Origin: Minisyncoccota bacterium
Lineage (GTDB): Bacteria > Patescibacteriota > Minisyncoccia > UBA6257 > 02-FULL-45-10c
Direction of reading: 5' to 3'
Length of the DNA stretch: 64,000 nucleotides
Assembly (NCBI GenBank): GCA_028716745.1
Contig: JAQUPE010000003.1
Span: 3,779-67,778 of the forward strand
Position numbers and translations under genes: made by a program. Of the stretch, positions 30,732 through 41,073 are shown one piece after another. Numbering within the stretch: position 1 is the stretch's first letter; each line of letters opens with the position of its first letter. The notes under the pieces are model-generated. The model searched no databases. It had not been told where the DNA came from and saw only the letters and a program-made list of their open reading frames with translations.

Positions 30732-32022
30732 ACCGGCTATTCTGGGCGGAAAGCCGACTTTAGATAAACCGCTTCCGCCATACAACTCAATAGGCAGGGA
30801 AGAGATTGGCGCAATAAACAGGCTTTTAAAGAGCGGGAAAGACCTTTCCGGTTTTTTGGGGCGCGGAGGAGAAAAATTTTTAGGCGGTCCATATGTTAAA
30901 AAGCTTGAGAACGATTTTGAAAAAAAGTTCGGCGTTAACTATGCCGTGAGTTTTAATTCGGCCACTACGGCTTTGCAGGCGGCTGTTGCTGCTTTGGGAA
31001 TTGGGCCGGGCGATCAGGTTATTACGTCTCCATTTACTATGCCGGCAACAGCAACGGCTATTTTGTTTAATAATGCTGTACCGGTTTTTGCGGATATAGA
31101 TCCGAAAACTTATTGTTTGAGCGCCGAATCGATTGCCAAAAAAATCACCAAAAAAACAAAAGCTATTTTAATAGTCAATATTTTCGGCGGAACTCCGGAT
31201 TATGTTCCTATTTTAAAATTGGCCAAAAAACATAATTTAAAAATTATTGAGGACAGTGCGCAGGCGCCGGGCGCTAATTATCGCGGAAAATTTGCCGGCA
31301 CTATCGGCGATATCGGAGTTTACAGTTTTAATGTCCATAAAGTTATCCAAGTTGGAGAAGGGGGAATGATGGTTACAAACAACAAGCGTTATGCTTACAG
31401 GGCTCAATTAATGAGAAATCACGGCGAAGCGGTGATGGATGATGTGTGGGAGAAAGAACCGAAGACCAGAGAATTAATTGCGGGAAATAATTTCCGTTTG
31501 ACGGAGCTTCAGGCTGCGGTAATGGCGGAGCAATTTAAAAAATTGGACAAATTGAATAATCAAAGAATTATGTTGGCAGATTATTTAACCAAGAAATTAA
31601 AAAAGTTTTCTTGGCTGGAGCCAGCCAGCGTTTTGCCGAACAGCAAACACGTCTATTATCTTTACCCGATTAAGTTTTTTTCCGGCAAGCTCGGAATTTC
31701 CAGAAAAACTTTTGCAAAGGCTATGGAGGCTGAAGGGTTTAAGCTGGCCGAAGGATACCAGAAGCCTATTTATCTTATGCCGATTTATCAAAAGAAAAGA
31801 ATTTATGAACGCTCTCAATTCCCGTTTGTTTCAAAAGAATTTTCCCAAAATATTTCTTATAAAAAAGGAGATTGTCCGGTTGCCGAGAGAATGTTCGAAA
31901 AAGAATTTTTAACTACTACTTTATGCCAGCCGCCGAAAAATAAAGCGCATATAGATTTGTTTATTAAGGCGCTGCAAAAAATAGGAGACAGCGCCGGCTT
32001 GCTGAAAAAATATGAGAAATAA
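30721..32022 (+). CDS. DegT/DnrJ aminotransferase
   Basis: PAILGG N-terminus, NSATTAL, EDSAQAPG, SFNVHKVIQVGEGG; start reassigned to ATG 30721. Confidence 0.9.
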   Translation: MLNKPAILGGKPTLDKPLPPYNSIGREEIGAINRLLKSGKDLSGFLGRGGEKFLGGPYVKKLENDFEKKFGVNYAVSFNSATTALQAAVAALGIGPGDQVITSPFTMPATATAILFNNAVPVFADIDPKTYCLSAESIAKKITKKTKAILIVNIFGGTPDYVPILKLAKKHNLKIIEDSAQAPGANYRGKFAGTIGDIGVYSFNVHKVIQVGEGGMMVTNNKRYAYRAQLMRNHGEAVMDDVWEKEPKTRELIAGNNFRLTELQAAVMAEQFKKLDKLNNQRIMLADYLTKKLKKFSWLEPASVLPNSKHVYYLYPIKFFSGKLGISRKTFAKAMEAEGFKLAEGYQKPIYLMPIYQKKRIYERSQFPFVSKEFSQNISYKKGDCPVAERMFEKEFLTTTLCQPPKNKAHIDLFIKALQKIGDSAGLLKKYEK

Positions 32023-32932
32023 AGAAAAAATTTTAGTTTTTTGCCATGATGCCGGCGGGGCAGAAATAATTTCTTCATATATTAAACACAATCTGGATAA
32101 GTATGATTTTATCTGTTTGCCGATTGGTCCGGCGAAGGCGGTTTTTGCAAAGAAAAAACTTAATTACTTAATTCCAAAACAAAAGAATCCTTATAAATAT
32201 TTAGCCTTAAAAGACCTAAAAATGGTATTGCTTGGAACAAGCTGGATTAATTTCGAGTGGCTTAAGCTTATTGAGAAGGCCAAGAAAATGGGGATTAAAG
32301 CCGTGGTCTATCTGGATCACTGGATGAATTATAGAGGGCGCTTCAAAGCTAATTATTCCGAGAAGAATTTTCCTAGCGAATTTTGGACGGGAGACAAGCA
32401 TGCTTTTTATCTGGCAAAAAAAGTGTTTCCGGACAGAATGGTCAAGCTTGAGCCAAATTGTTATTTCAAAGATATTAAAAAAGAATTTAAAAATAAAAAA
32501 GGGGCTTATAAGGGTAGGGCAAATAAAGTTTTATTTTTAAGCGATCCAACCAGCGTTTTTTGGAAGAGAGCAAAAATAAGATTTAATGAGATGGATCTTT
32601 TGGGAAAGATATTAAAATGCTTGTCCGATAAAAATAAGGAGAGGGAAGTGATTATTCGCTTTCACCCCTCTGATGATAGGACAAAATATAAAGAAATTTT
32701 AAAAAAATACTCGGGCAGGGTTAAAATAATCAAATCTTCCAATAAAGATATTCTAGATGATATAGTTAAGGCAGGAATAGTAATCGGGCTGGAAAGCATG
32801 TCTCAAGTTATTTCTTATTTATGCGGAAAGAAAACAATAAGCTGCTCGTTCAATCCAAAGAGGAAGTGCACGCTGCCGTTTCCAGGAATTATAAAAATAG
32901 AAAATTTGGATAAATTAAATAAATATTTATAA
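32012..32932 (+). CDS. Hypothetical GT-B-like protein, possible nonulosonate transferase
   Basis: HDAGGA N-terminus, LDHWMNY, IRFHPSD (HP motif as in TagF/sialyltransferase-type folds); function inferred from context. Confidence 0.45.
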   Translation: MRNKEKILVFCHDAGGAEIISSYIKHNLDKYDFICLPIGPAKAVFAKKKLNYLIPKQKNPYKYLALKDLKMVLLGTSWINFEWLKLIEKAKKMGIKAVVYLDHWMNYRGRFKANYSEKNFPSEFWTGDKHAFYLAKKVFPDRMVKLEPNCYFKDIKKEFKNKKGAYKGRANKVLFLSDPTSVFWKRAKIRFNEMDLLGKILKCLSDKNKEREVIIRFHPSDDRTKYKEILKKYSGRVKIIKSSNKDILDDIVKAGIVIGLESMSQVISYLCGKKTISCSFNPKRKCTLPFPGIIKIENLDKLNKYL

Positions 32933-32935
32933 ATC

Positions 32936-34219
32936 ATGAGAGAGTTTCTAAATAAAACAGCTGATTTAAACAGATCCATTGTGTCTGATGATTTTGAAAA
33001 GACTTTAGAAATTATAAACAAAAGAATTCCTCTAAAGATATTTTCATATCCATCAGGAAAATTGTGTTTTGATTGGGAGATTCCAAAAAAATGGGTTATT
33101 AGGGGCGCTTATATAAAAGATGAATCCGGGAAAAAGATTGTAGATTTTAAAGACAGTCCGTTACATGTAGTTACTGGGTCCTTGCCGATAAATAAAAGAA
33201 TGTCTCGAGAGGAATTGCTTAAAAAGGTTTATGTTTCGGAAAAATATCCGGAAACGATTCCTTATGTTTTTAAATTTTATGAATTGGATTGGGGCTTTTG
33301 CATGACTAAGAAGCAAAAAGACAGCCTTAAAGGAAATTTTTTTGATGTCGCTATAGATTCGGAATATGTAAATGGCAATTTATTGGTGGGAGAACATATT
33401 ATAAAAGGGGAAAGCGACAAAAGCATAGTGTTATTAAGTCATATTGACCATCCGGGTCAGGTAAATGACGGCTTAGCGGGAGCGGCCGTGATGATACGGC
33501 TGGCGGAAATGCTGAAAGGAACTAAGCCTGCTCTTACTTTGAGGTTCCAGTTTTTGTCGGAAAGAATCGGATCGATAGCTTATTTAAGCCAGCATTATAA
33601 GCAGAAAGATAAAATTCTTGGAGGAATTTTTTGTGAAATGCCGGGAACGCCTAAATATCCGATGGTTTTGCAATATTCAAGAAATAAAAGCGCGAGATTG
33701 GATAGGGCAGCTAAATATGTTTTGGAAAAAACCGGAAAGAAAATAGGATTTGGAGAATGTTTTAGGCATGTGGCGAACGATGACGCTTTTTATAATAGCC
33801 CAGGTGTTGATATTCCATGCATTTCTCTTTCCAGGTCAAAGCCGTTAGTTGAGGGCGACTGGTATCATTTTCCTTACTATCATACCAGCGGAGACAATAT
33901 TAAAAATTTTGATTTTAAACAGGCGGAAGAATATTTGGAGATTTTGAAAGAAATTATATCTATAATCGATAAAGACAGAATCATAACTAGAAATTATGTC
34001 GGCGTGCCCCATCTCTCAAGGCATAAATTATGGATTGACTGGCGGCTCTTCCCGAAATCATCCAGAGGAATTTATAGATTGCTTGAAGAACTGGATAATG
34101 GCGTATCAATATTTGATCTTAGTGAAAAATGCGGAGTAGATTTTGAAGAAGCATACGAGTTTATAAAGAAAATGGAAAAATCAAAATTAGTAAAATTAAG
34201 TTTAATCAAGTCGATTTAA
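32936..34219 (+). CDS. DUF4910/DUF2172 aminopeptidase-like glycan-modification protein
   Basis: FDWEIPKKW, SHIDHP..NDGLAG, YHTSGD, C-terminal winged-helix-like segment. Confidence 0.82.
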   Translation: MREFLNKTADLNRSIVSDDFEKTLEIINKRIPLKIFSYPSGKLCFDWEIPKKWVIRGAYIKDESGKKIVDFKDSPLHVVTGSLPINKRMSREELLKKVYVSEKYPETIPYVFKFYELDWGFCMTKKQKDSLKGNFFDVAIDSEYVNGNLLVGEHIIKGESDKSIVLLSHIDHPGQVNDGLAGAAVMIRLAEMLKGTKPALTLRFQFLSERIGSIAYLSQHYKQKDKILGGIFCEMPGTPKYPMVLQYSRNKSARLDRAAKYVLEKTGKKIGFGECFRHVANDDAFYNSPGVDIPCISLSRSKPLVEGDWYHFPYYHTSGDNIKNFDFKQAEEYLEILKEIISIIDKDRIITRNYVGVPHLSRHKLWIDWRLFPKSSRGIYRLLEELDNGVSIFDLSEKCGVDFEEAYEFIKKMEKSKLVKLSLIKSI

Positions 34220-34232
34220 TAAAAATAAAAAA

Positions 34233-35033
34233 ATGAAAATAGCATTATTAACAGGAACGGCATATCGCCATAAATATTATGCAAATGAAATTATCGCTAA
34301 TTACGATGTGGTTTTGCATATAAAAGAAAAAAGAGAACAAGATTTAACAGGGGAGGTAAAAGACCCTTGTTCGGAAGAAGATAAAATATTGCTTAAAAAA
34401 CACAGCGATCTTAGAAATCAGATGGAGGAGAAATATTTTCTTCCGCAAGGCAAAGATTTTTTGCCGGTAAAGAAAACAATGGAAGTTGGAAGGAGGGAAT
34501 TGAATTCTCCGGAGGTTATAGCGGCCGTTAAGGAAGCTGCTCCGGATGTGGTTTTGGATTATGGCACATGCCTTTTAAAGGATGATTTGCTCAAAGTAAT
34601 GCCTAAACACGTTATAAACCTTCACGCCGGACTTTCCCCTTATTATAAGGGGGCGGCGACGCTTTATTGGCCTATTTATTTCATGGAGCCGCAAAATCTT
34701 GGATATACAATGCACATTATTGATATACAGATAGACCACGGAACTATTCTTCATCAGAACAAGCCGGAAATTTTTTCTAACGACAATATCCATGATCTTG
34801 GATGCAGGACTATTGTTCAGGCGGCGAAAGACATCCATAAAGTGCTGGAGAAAATACAGAATGGTACCATCCAATATTTCAAGCAAAAATCCAAGGGAAA
34901 AATATTTTATGGCTATGATTTTAAGCCGTATCATCTCAGGGTAACTAATTTTATTATGGAAAACGGATTGCTTAAAGAATATTTGGAACACAAAGAGCGT
35001 TTCCCGGAAGCGGAAATTTTCCGCCAATTTTAA
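34233..35033 (+). CDS. Formyltransferase family protein
   Basis: INLHAGLSPYYKG, HIIDIQIDHG. Confidence 0.82.
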   Translation: MKIALLTGTAYRHKYYANEIIANYDVVLHIKEKREQDLTGEVKDPCSEEDKILLKKHSDLRNQMEEKYFLPQGKDFLPVKKTMEVGRRELNSPEVIAAVKEAAPDVVLDYGTCLLKDDLLKVMPKHVINLHAGLSPYYKGAATLYWPIYFMEPQNLGYTMHIIDIQIDHGTILHQNKPEIFSNDNIHDLGCRTIVQAAKDIHKVLEKIQNGTIQYFKQKSKGKIFYGYDFKPYHLRVTNFIMENGLLKEYLEHKERFPEAEIFRQF

Positions 35034-35034
35034 G

Positions 35035-35781
35035 ATGGAAAAAGTTATCTGTATAATTCAGGCGCGTACCGGATCTACGCGTTTATCGAATAAAATTTTC
35101 TTGCCGCTTCAGGGTAAGCCGGTTTTATTAAGAGTGATAGAAAGAGTTTTCCAATCAAAATATATCAGCGGAGTGGTGGTAGCGACGACAGTTAATCCTA
35201 ATGACGAGAAAATAGTTGAATTGCTTAAAAATTATGATTCAAGAGTAAGTGTTTATCGCGGTTCGGAAGAAGACGTACTAGACAGATATTATCAGGCCGC
35301 GAAAGGAGTGGGCGCGGATATTGTCGTGCGAATAACTTCGGATAATCCCTGCGTTGACCCTGACGTAATAGATAAAATTATCGGAGAAGTTTTAGCCGAT
35401 CCGGAATTAGAATACGCCTCCAACAATATTGGCGAACATACTTATCCGAGAGGATTAGATACGGAAGTAATTCGTTTTAAAACTTTGGAAAAATTATGGA
35501 AAACAACTACGGAAAAAATAGACAGAGAGCACGTAACAATTCATTTAAAAAGATTCCCCGATAATTTTAAATGGAAAACGGTTTTAAACGATATCGATTT
35601 ATCTTCATATCGTTTAACTGTGGATGTTGATAAGGATTATGAATTGGTAAAAACTATTTATGACCGGCTATATCCGGTTAATCCGAAATTCAGGCTAGAG
35701 GACATAATGGATTTATTTAAAAAGGAGCCGGAGCTGATAAAAATTAATCAGGATATTGAACAGCAAAATGCCAAATATTAA
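35035..35781 (+). CDS. spsF: SpsF-like cytidylyltransferase
   Basis: IIQARTGSTRL, RGSEEDVLDRY, RITSDNP, REHVT, RLTVD. Confidence 0.85.
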   Translation: MEKVICIIQARTGSTRLSNKIFLPLQGKPVLLRVIERVFQSKYISGVVVATTVNPNDEKIVELLKNYDSRVSVYRGSEEDVLDRYYQAAKGVGADIVVRITSDNPCVDPDVIDKIIGEVLADPELEYASNNIGEHTYPRGLDTEVIRFKTLEKLWKTTTEKIDREHVTIHLKRFPDNFKWKTVLNDIDLSSYRLTVDVDKDYELVKTIYDRLYPVNPKFRLEDIMDLFKKEPELIKINQDIEQQNAKY

Positions 35782-36712
35782 ACCTGTTATTTGCGGAGTT
35801 TGCGGTAAGTCCGCCAACCTTAACTTTAAAGAAGACTTTAAAGAATATTCGCTTTGGGAATGCCCGGAATGTTTCGGCCAGTTTTGGTCCCCAATGAAAG
35901 GGCCGGGAGCGGGGTGGTATGAAAAGGATGAAAGGTATTCTTTTAGAAATTTAAATCCTTTGGAAAAACCGGAACGCAATCATCGGGAATTTTTGCGCGA
36001 CTTGCCGGCAAAAGGAGGCAGGCTTTTGGATATCGGAATGGGAACGGGAAATTTTTTGGCCGCAGCTGTAAAAAGCGGCTATGACGGATATGGAGTTGAT
36101 TTTGATAGCGAGGCCATAGAAACAGCCAAAAGAGTTTTTGGCCTTAAAAATGTTTCAACCGGAGATTTGGACGGCGTTCTAAAAGATTTTGGAGAAAAAA
36201 GCTTTGATATCGTTACGATGTTTGAGGTTGTGGAACATCTTGAAAATCCGGCGGAATTTATTGAAAAATCAAAGAGGCTTTTAAAAAATGGCGGATATTT
36301 GGCGATAAGCGTGCCTTTCCGCGGAGCGGCTGAATTTTTAAAGCCGAATGATAAGCCCCCGCGCCATCTGACGCGATGGGATAAAAATTCGATGGAAAAC
36401 TTTTTAAAAGAACACGAATTTGAAACGGCTAGAATTAAAATTATTAAAGCACCTATTTCTTATTTAATTACAAAATTTCATTTTTGGACAAGAGGATTTT
36501 TAAGTTTTAACGCGGTCGGCAAATTATCGGCTGTTCCAGCGGGGCAAAAAGCAGTTAATAATAAAGTTTCTTTGAGGGCGAGAGTGATTCAAAAAATGGC
36601 CAGAATAAAAGATTATATTTTATTCTTATTGCCGGCGATTATTCTTTCGGGTATTTTGCTTGTTACCGGCCGCAATGGGCTCGGGTTATATATTTTAGCT
36701 AAGAAAAAATGA
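35768..36712 (+). CDS. Class I methyltransferase with N-terminal Zn ribbon
   Basis: CGVC...CPEC, LLDIGMGTG, FEVVEHL, PPRHL. Confidence 0.85.
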   Translation: MPNIKPVICGVCGKSANLNFKEDFKEYSLWECPECFGQFWSPMKGPGAGWYEKDERYSFRNLNPLEKPERNHREFLRDLPAKGGRLLDIGMGTGNFLAAAVKSGYDGYGVDFDSEAIETAKRVFGLKNVSTGDLDGVLKDFGEKSFDIVTMFEVVEHLENPAEFIEKSKRLLKNGGYLAISVPFRGAAEFLKPNDKPPRHLTRWDKNSMENFLKEHEFETARIKIIKAPISYLITKFHFWTRGFLSFNAVGKLSAVPAGQKAVNNKVSLRARVIQKMARIKDYILFLLPAIILSGILLVTGRNGLGLYILAKKK

Positions 36713-37926
36713 AGCATAAAGGAACGAAGAAAACAATTAAATTGGGAAATAAATTAATCGGCTGGGGACAGCCGTGTTTTATCGTTGCCGAAGCGGGAGC
36801 TAATCATGATGGAGATTTTGAAAAAGCTAAAATGTTAATTGACGCAGCAGCTGCGGTTAATGCCGATTCAATAAAATTTCAGCATTATCTTGCGGACAAG
36901 CTGGCGTCGCGGGAAGCAAAAAGATATTGGGTTGTAAGAGGAGACGAGCCGGGTTTTCAGTTTGATCCGAATAATTATAAAGATGATCAGGTAGATACTT
37001 TTAAAAAGATAGACGGTATTCCGCGCCATAGAGACAGCGAGCTTTTTGATTATGCCGATAAAAAAGGATTATTAATGTTTTCGACTCCTTTTGATTTCGA
37101 AAGCGTTGATCATTTGGACAGCCTGGGAATACAGATGTATAAAATTGCATCCGGAGACCTAACTTATCATCAGCTGCTTGATTATGTGGCGCGCAAAGGC
37201 AAGCCGGTTGTTCTATCGACAGGCGCGGCAGACATGGACGAAATTCGGGCAGCGGTTGATGTAATAAAAAAAGCGGGCAACAATCAGATTATTCTTTTGC
37301 ATTGCACTTTGGCTTACACTACGCCGCTGGAAAATGCCAATCTTTTGATGATTCGAAATTTACAGGAAGAATTTCCAGATGAGCTTATTGGATTTTCTGA
37401 TCATACGCCCGGCATTGAAGCCGATATTGCAGCAGCTTTGCTTGGAGCGGTGATGATAGAAAAGCATTTTACTCATACGCCGGGAGCGGCAGTGGGAGAA
37501 AACAGGGTTGGCGATAGCCCCGATCATGATATTGGAATTGGTTCGGCGGCTTTTGAAGAAAAAATAAAAAGAATCAGAGAGCATGAAGGAAAAAATTTAA
37601 GCGTTCGTTTGGGACTTGATTTTGAAAAGGCGCTGGAAATGATAAGTGAACTGGGAATAGAAAAAACGTTAGGCTCGCATCAAATTAAGCAGGTTGATTC
37701 CAAGGTGGAATTAAAGGCGCGTTTACAGGCGAGAAGAAGCGTAGTTACCGAAGTTCCGCTCAAAAAAGGAGAGACGCTGACGCAGAAGTTTATTAATGCC
37801 GGAAACCTGTCTTTTAAAAGGCCGGGCACAGGAATACCGCCTTACGAGATTTGTAAGCTTGCCGGAAAAAAATTAAACCGCGATTTGTCGGCGGACGCGG
37901 TTTTAAAGTGGGAATATTTTAAATAA
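36709..37926 (+). CDS. neuB: N-acetylneuraminate/nonulosonate synthase with C-terminal SAF domain
   Basis: IVAEAGANHDG, KFQ, STPFD, KIASGD, LSTG, GFSDHT, IEKHFT, RRS, KRPGTGI. Confidence 0.9.
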   Translation: MKHKGTKKTIKLGNKLIGWGQPCFIVAEAGANHDGDFEKAKMLIDAAAAVNADSIKFQHYLADKLASREAKRYWVVRGDEPGFQFDPNNYKDDQVDTFKKIDGIPRHRDSELFDYADKKGLLMFSTPFDFESVDHLDSLGIQMYKIASGDLTYHQLLDYVARKGKPVVLSTGAADMDEIRAAVDVIKKAGNNQIILLHCTLAYTTPLENANLLMIRNLQEEFPDELIGFSDHTPGIEADIAAALLGAVMIEKHFTHTPGAAVGENRVGDSPDHDIGIGSAAFEEKIKRIREHEGKNLSVRLGLDFEKALEMISELGIEKTLGSHQIKQVDSKVELKARLQARRSVVTEVPLKKGETLTQKFINAGNLSFKRPGTGIPPYEICKLAGKKLNRDLSADAVLKWEYFK

Positions 37927-38499
37927 ATGAACGAAGAAGATTTTATAAAATTGTTGGCCTTTATTGCCAATGAAAGGCCTGAGCGCGCGGACGCTATTGT
38001 TTTTATTGAAGGAGACGGCGGTTCGGATGTTAAGGCGGCCGTTGATTTATACCGTGCGAAATTTGCTCCGAAAATTTTGATAACCGGAGAAATTAAAAGG
38101 GGAAGCAAATCGCGTGTTTTGGGCGTGTTTAAAAAAATGATTAAGCTTGGCGTCCCGGAAAAAAATATAATTATGGAATTTAATTCCGTCAGTGCGCGCG
38201 AACAGGCGATAGAAGTTTTAAAAATTGCCAAGGAGTTGAAATGGAAAAAAATAATTTTAACGGCTCCTCTTTATCACCAGCCTCGTCTTTACGCGACGTT
38301 TATCAGGAGAATGAAAGAAGTTGGATTGAATTTAAAAATCGTAAATTGTCCGATAAGAGAATTGCCGTGGTTTAAAAAGACTATTCACGGGAAAAGAATA
38401 GATCTTTTGAAAACGGAACTGAATAAAATTAAAAAATATGCCAAGAAAGAACATGTAGCGAGCCTTAAAGAAATAACGGAATATGAAAGAAAAAAATAA
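37927..38499 (+). CDS. YdcF/DUF218 (ElyC/SanA-like) protein
   Basis: ADAIVFIEG, KILITG, GVPEKNIIME..S..EQA, YHQPR. Confidence 0.7.
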   Translation: MNEEDFIKLLAFIANERPERADAIVFIEGDGGSDVKAAVDLYRAKFAPKILITGEIKRGSKSRVLGVFKKMIKLGVPEKNIIMEFNSVSAREQAIEVLKIAKELKWKKIILTAPLYHQPRLYATFIRRMKEVGLNLKIVNCPIRELPWFKKTIHGKRIDLLKTELNKIKKYAKKEHVASLKEITEYERKK

Positions 38500-38533
38500 A
38501 GCTCAAATGCTTTATTTTTTTGTGACTAAATGA

Positions 38534-38562
38534 TTGACTTTTGTGTTAAATTATTATATAAA
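38534..38562 (+). promoter_or_regulatory. Sigma70-like promoter
   Basis: TTGACT-17 nt-TATAAA; SD GAGGAG before ATG 38600. Confidence 0.6.
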
Positions 38563-38599
38563 CTATGAACGAACTTTGAAAACAAGAGGAGAAATATTT

Positions 38600-39376
38600 A
38601 TGAAAATAATAGCTGTTATCCAAGCAAAAGTAGGTTCAAAGCGTTTACCCAACAAGGCATTTGAAAAGGTTGCCGGCGTTCCGTCAATTGACCATGTCAT
38701 AGACAGAGTTTTGCGGTCAAAAGAAATTGACGGCGTGGCGATAGCCACTTCAAGCGCGGAGGGAAATGAAATTTTTGAATCCAAGGCGCAGGAAAAAAAT
38801 ATCGGATGCTTTCGCGGTTCGGAGAGCGACATTTTAGAGAGGCTCTATCTGACTGCGAAAAAATTCGGGGCCGACGTGATTTTGAGGATTACGGGCGATT
38901 CGCCTTTTGTTGATCCTCATGTAATCGATCAGCTGGTTTCCGAATACAGGAAAAGGAGCGGGGAAATAGTTTTCGCTTCCACCTGTCTTCCGATGACTTT
39001 TCCAGAGGGGCTGAGCATGGAGCTGGTGTCTTTTTCTGTTTTGGAGAAGTTAAATAAAGAGATGACTGATCCGAACGAAAGAGGAACTTTCATGCTTTAC
39101 ATCAGCAGGAATCCCGAGAAATTTCCGCGTTATGCCCTGAAGTATAAGAAAGATGCCAGCCGTATCAGGCTGACTCTGGATTATCCGGAGGATCTGATTC
39201 TGGCAAGGAGAATCTACGATTACTTCTACGGACATAACAAGAAGCATTTCGGGCTGGACGAGGTGATAAGCCTTCTGGAAAAAAATCCAGGATGGGTAGA
39301 GATTAATCAGCATCGCGCCGACAGGAGCAAGTATCCTTTCGTGTACGATAAAGAGGCGGAATTAAAAGCGCTCTAA
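38600..39376 (+). CDS. spsF: SpsF-like cytidylyltransferase (second copy)
   Basis: IQAKVGSKRLPNK, RGSESDILER, RITGDSP, RLTLDYPED; start reassigned to ATG 38600. Confidence 0.82.
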   Translation: MKIIAVIQAKVGSKRLPNKAFEKVAGVPSIDHVIDRVLRSKEIDGVAIATSSAEGNEIFESKAQEKNIGCFRGSESDILERLYLTAKKFGADVILRITGDSPFVDPHVIDQLVSEYRKRSGEIVFASTCLPMTFPEGLSMELVSFSVLEKLNKEMTDPNERGTFMLYISRNPEKFPRYALKYKKDASRIRLTLDYPEDLILARRIYDYFYGHNKKHFGLDEVISLLEKNPGWVEINQHRADRSKYPFVYDKEAELKAL

Positions 39377-39386
39377 GGAGAAAAAA

Positions 39387-39971
39387 ATGAAAGACACAAT
39401 GTTTTTAAAAGGACGATCGATTTTTCTTCGTCCGGTTGAATCAGCAGATATTCCCAAGATAGCGTCGTGGCTCAACAATCCGAAAATCACGCATTTCATG
39501 TTCTACGGCCAGCTTCCAATGAATCTGGAACAGACCGGGGAATTCGTGATGGGCCAGGTGAGGTCTCCGCATAACACGGTGTTTGTGGTTTGCGATTTGA
39601 AAAGCCGCAAGCCGATAGGTTATGCCGGGCTTTATGATATTCATCTGACGGCCCACAAAGCGGAATTTCGGGTTCTGATAGGCGAGCAGCGTTTCTGGGG
39701 CAAGGGCTGCGGTACGGAAGTGACAAAGCTTCTTACCTTCTACGGATTTGACCGGCTGAACCTGAACAAGGTTTATCTGGGAGTCGTTGCGGACAACCAG
39801 AGAGCGGTCAAGAGTTACGAAAAATCCGGATATGTCCGCGAGGGCGCGCTGAGGGAAGAAGTTTACCGCAACAGCCGCTACTACGACGTTGTGAAGATGA
39901 GTATCCTGAAGAAGGAATACTACAAAAAGATTTACAGGGAACACCTGGAAATCTTCGGCAAGGAGAACTAA
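39387..39971 (+). CDS. GNAT N-acetyltransferase (RimJ/RimL type, PseH-like)
   Basis: LRPVE, IGYAGL, WGKGCGTE, NQRAVKSYEKSGY. Confidence 0.82.
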   Translation: MKDTMFLKGRSIFLRPVESADIPKIASWLNNPKITHFMFYGQLPMNLEQTGEFVMGQVRSPHNTVFVVCDLKSRKPIGYAGLYDIHLTAHKAEFRVLIGEQRFWGKGCGTEVTKLLTFYGFDRLNLNKVYLGVVADNQRAVKSYEKSGYVREGALREEVYRNSRYYDVVKMSILKKEYYKKIYREHLEIFGKEN

Positions 39972-39998
39972 AACTTTTAAAAAGGAGAAACAACTATT

Positions 39999-41006
39999 AT
40001 GACAAAAAAGTACACAGCGGCCGTAATCGGCTGCGGAAGAATCGGAATGAAGATGGAACTGGATCCGAAAAGATCGCATCCCGCCACTCACGTCGGCGCG
40101 TGGTTGAATAACCCGCGGACGGAATTGGTGGCGCTTGCCGATCCGAATCCGGCCAGCAAAGAAGTCGCCGCGCAGGTGGCGCCCGGAGTACCGATGTATT
40201 CCAGCGCCGAAGAACTGTTCGCGGCGGTCAAGCCGGATATCGTTTCCATAGCGACCATCCTCGAAGGACATTACCCGGTGGTGATGGCGGCGGCGAAAGC
40301 CGGCGTGAAGGCGATAGTGTGCGAGAAGCCGATCGCCGAGAGCGTGGAACAAGGCCTGGAGATGATAGACGCCTGCAAGAAATCGGGATCGCTTCTGATA
40401 ATTAATCACTTCAGAAGGTTTGATCCTGTTCTTAACCAGTGGGCGCAGAAAGTCAGAGGCGGACTCATCGGGGACATCCAGCAGATAACTGGAACTTACT
40501 CGATCGGTCTTTATCACATGGGAACGCACCTTATAGATTTTATAAGGATGTTCGCCGGCGATATCGACTGGGTCATGGGCAAACAGAATACGCGGGCGCA
40601 TACCGCTATTCCCGGCGACACATGCGTGGACGCCATTATGGGAATGAGAAGCGGCGCGCGCGCGGCCATTCAATCGCTCAACGTCAAAGACTACAGCAAC
40701 TTCGAGGTGAGATTTCTGGGAACGAAAGGATCGGTGTGCGTTCGCGACATGGGCCGGGGAATAGAGTATATTCCGGTCCAGGAGTCAAAGCAGTACGGCG
40801 GTTTCTGCGAACTGCATCCCGACAAGCTCGAGTACCACGAGAATCCCTACTTCGCCAAGATGACCTCAATGACAGACTACGTTGTGGCCTGTCTGGACGG
40901 GACTGTTGAAAACGGCAGTAAGGGAGAGGACGGTCTCGCTGTCCTGCGAGTTCTCATGGCTTTGAAAATGAGCGGAGAGGCGGATGGAAGCACAGTCGTT
41001 GTGTAA
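39999..41006 (+). CDS. Gfo/Idh/MocA oxidoreductase
   Basis: IGCGRIG, CEKPIA, NHFRRF, GTHLID. Confidence 0.9.
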   Translation: MTKKYTAAVIGCGRIGMKMELDPKRSHPATHVGAWLNNPRTELVALADPNPASKEVAAQVAPGVPMYSSAEELFAAVKPDIVSIATILEGHYPVVMAAAKAGVKAIVCEKPIAESVEQGLEMIDACKKSGSLLIINHFRRFDPVLNQWAQKVRGGLIGDIQQITGTYSIGLYHMGTHLIDFIRMFAGDIDWVMGKQNTRAHTAIPGDTCVDAIMGMRSGARAAIQSLNVKDYSNFEVRFLGTKGSVCVRDMGRGIEYIPVQESKQYGGFCELHPDKLEYHENPYFAKMTSMTDYVVACLDGTVENGSKGEDGLAVLRVLMALKMSGEADGSTVVV

Positions 41007-41031
41007 AAACAAAAGCAAGAAAACATATGAG

Positions 41032-41063
41032 AAACCCCCGGCACGTCCGGGGTGTTTTATTTT
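41032..41063 (+). terminator. Intrinsic terminator
   Basis: CCCCGG-CACGT-CCGGGG followed by TGTTTTATTTT. Confidence 0.65.
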
Positions 41064-41073
41064 AATAAGACTT

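Noticed and set aside
39441-40673. 410 aa minus-strand ORF
   Set aside because: Antisense shadow of the GC-richer GNAT and Gfo/Idh/MocA genes; no recognisable motifs, and it spans two real genes.
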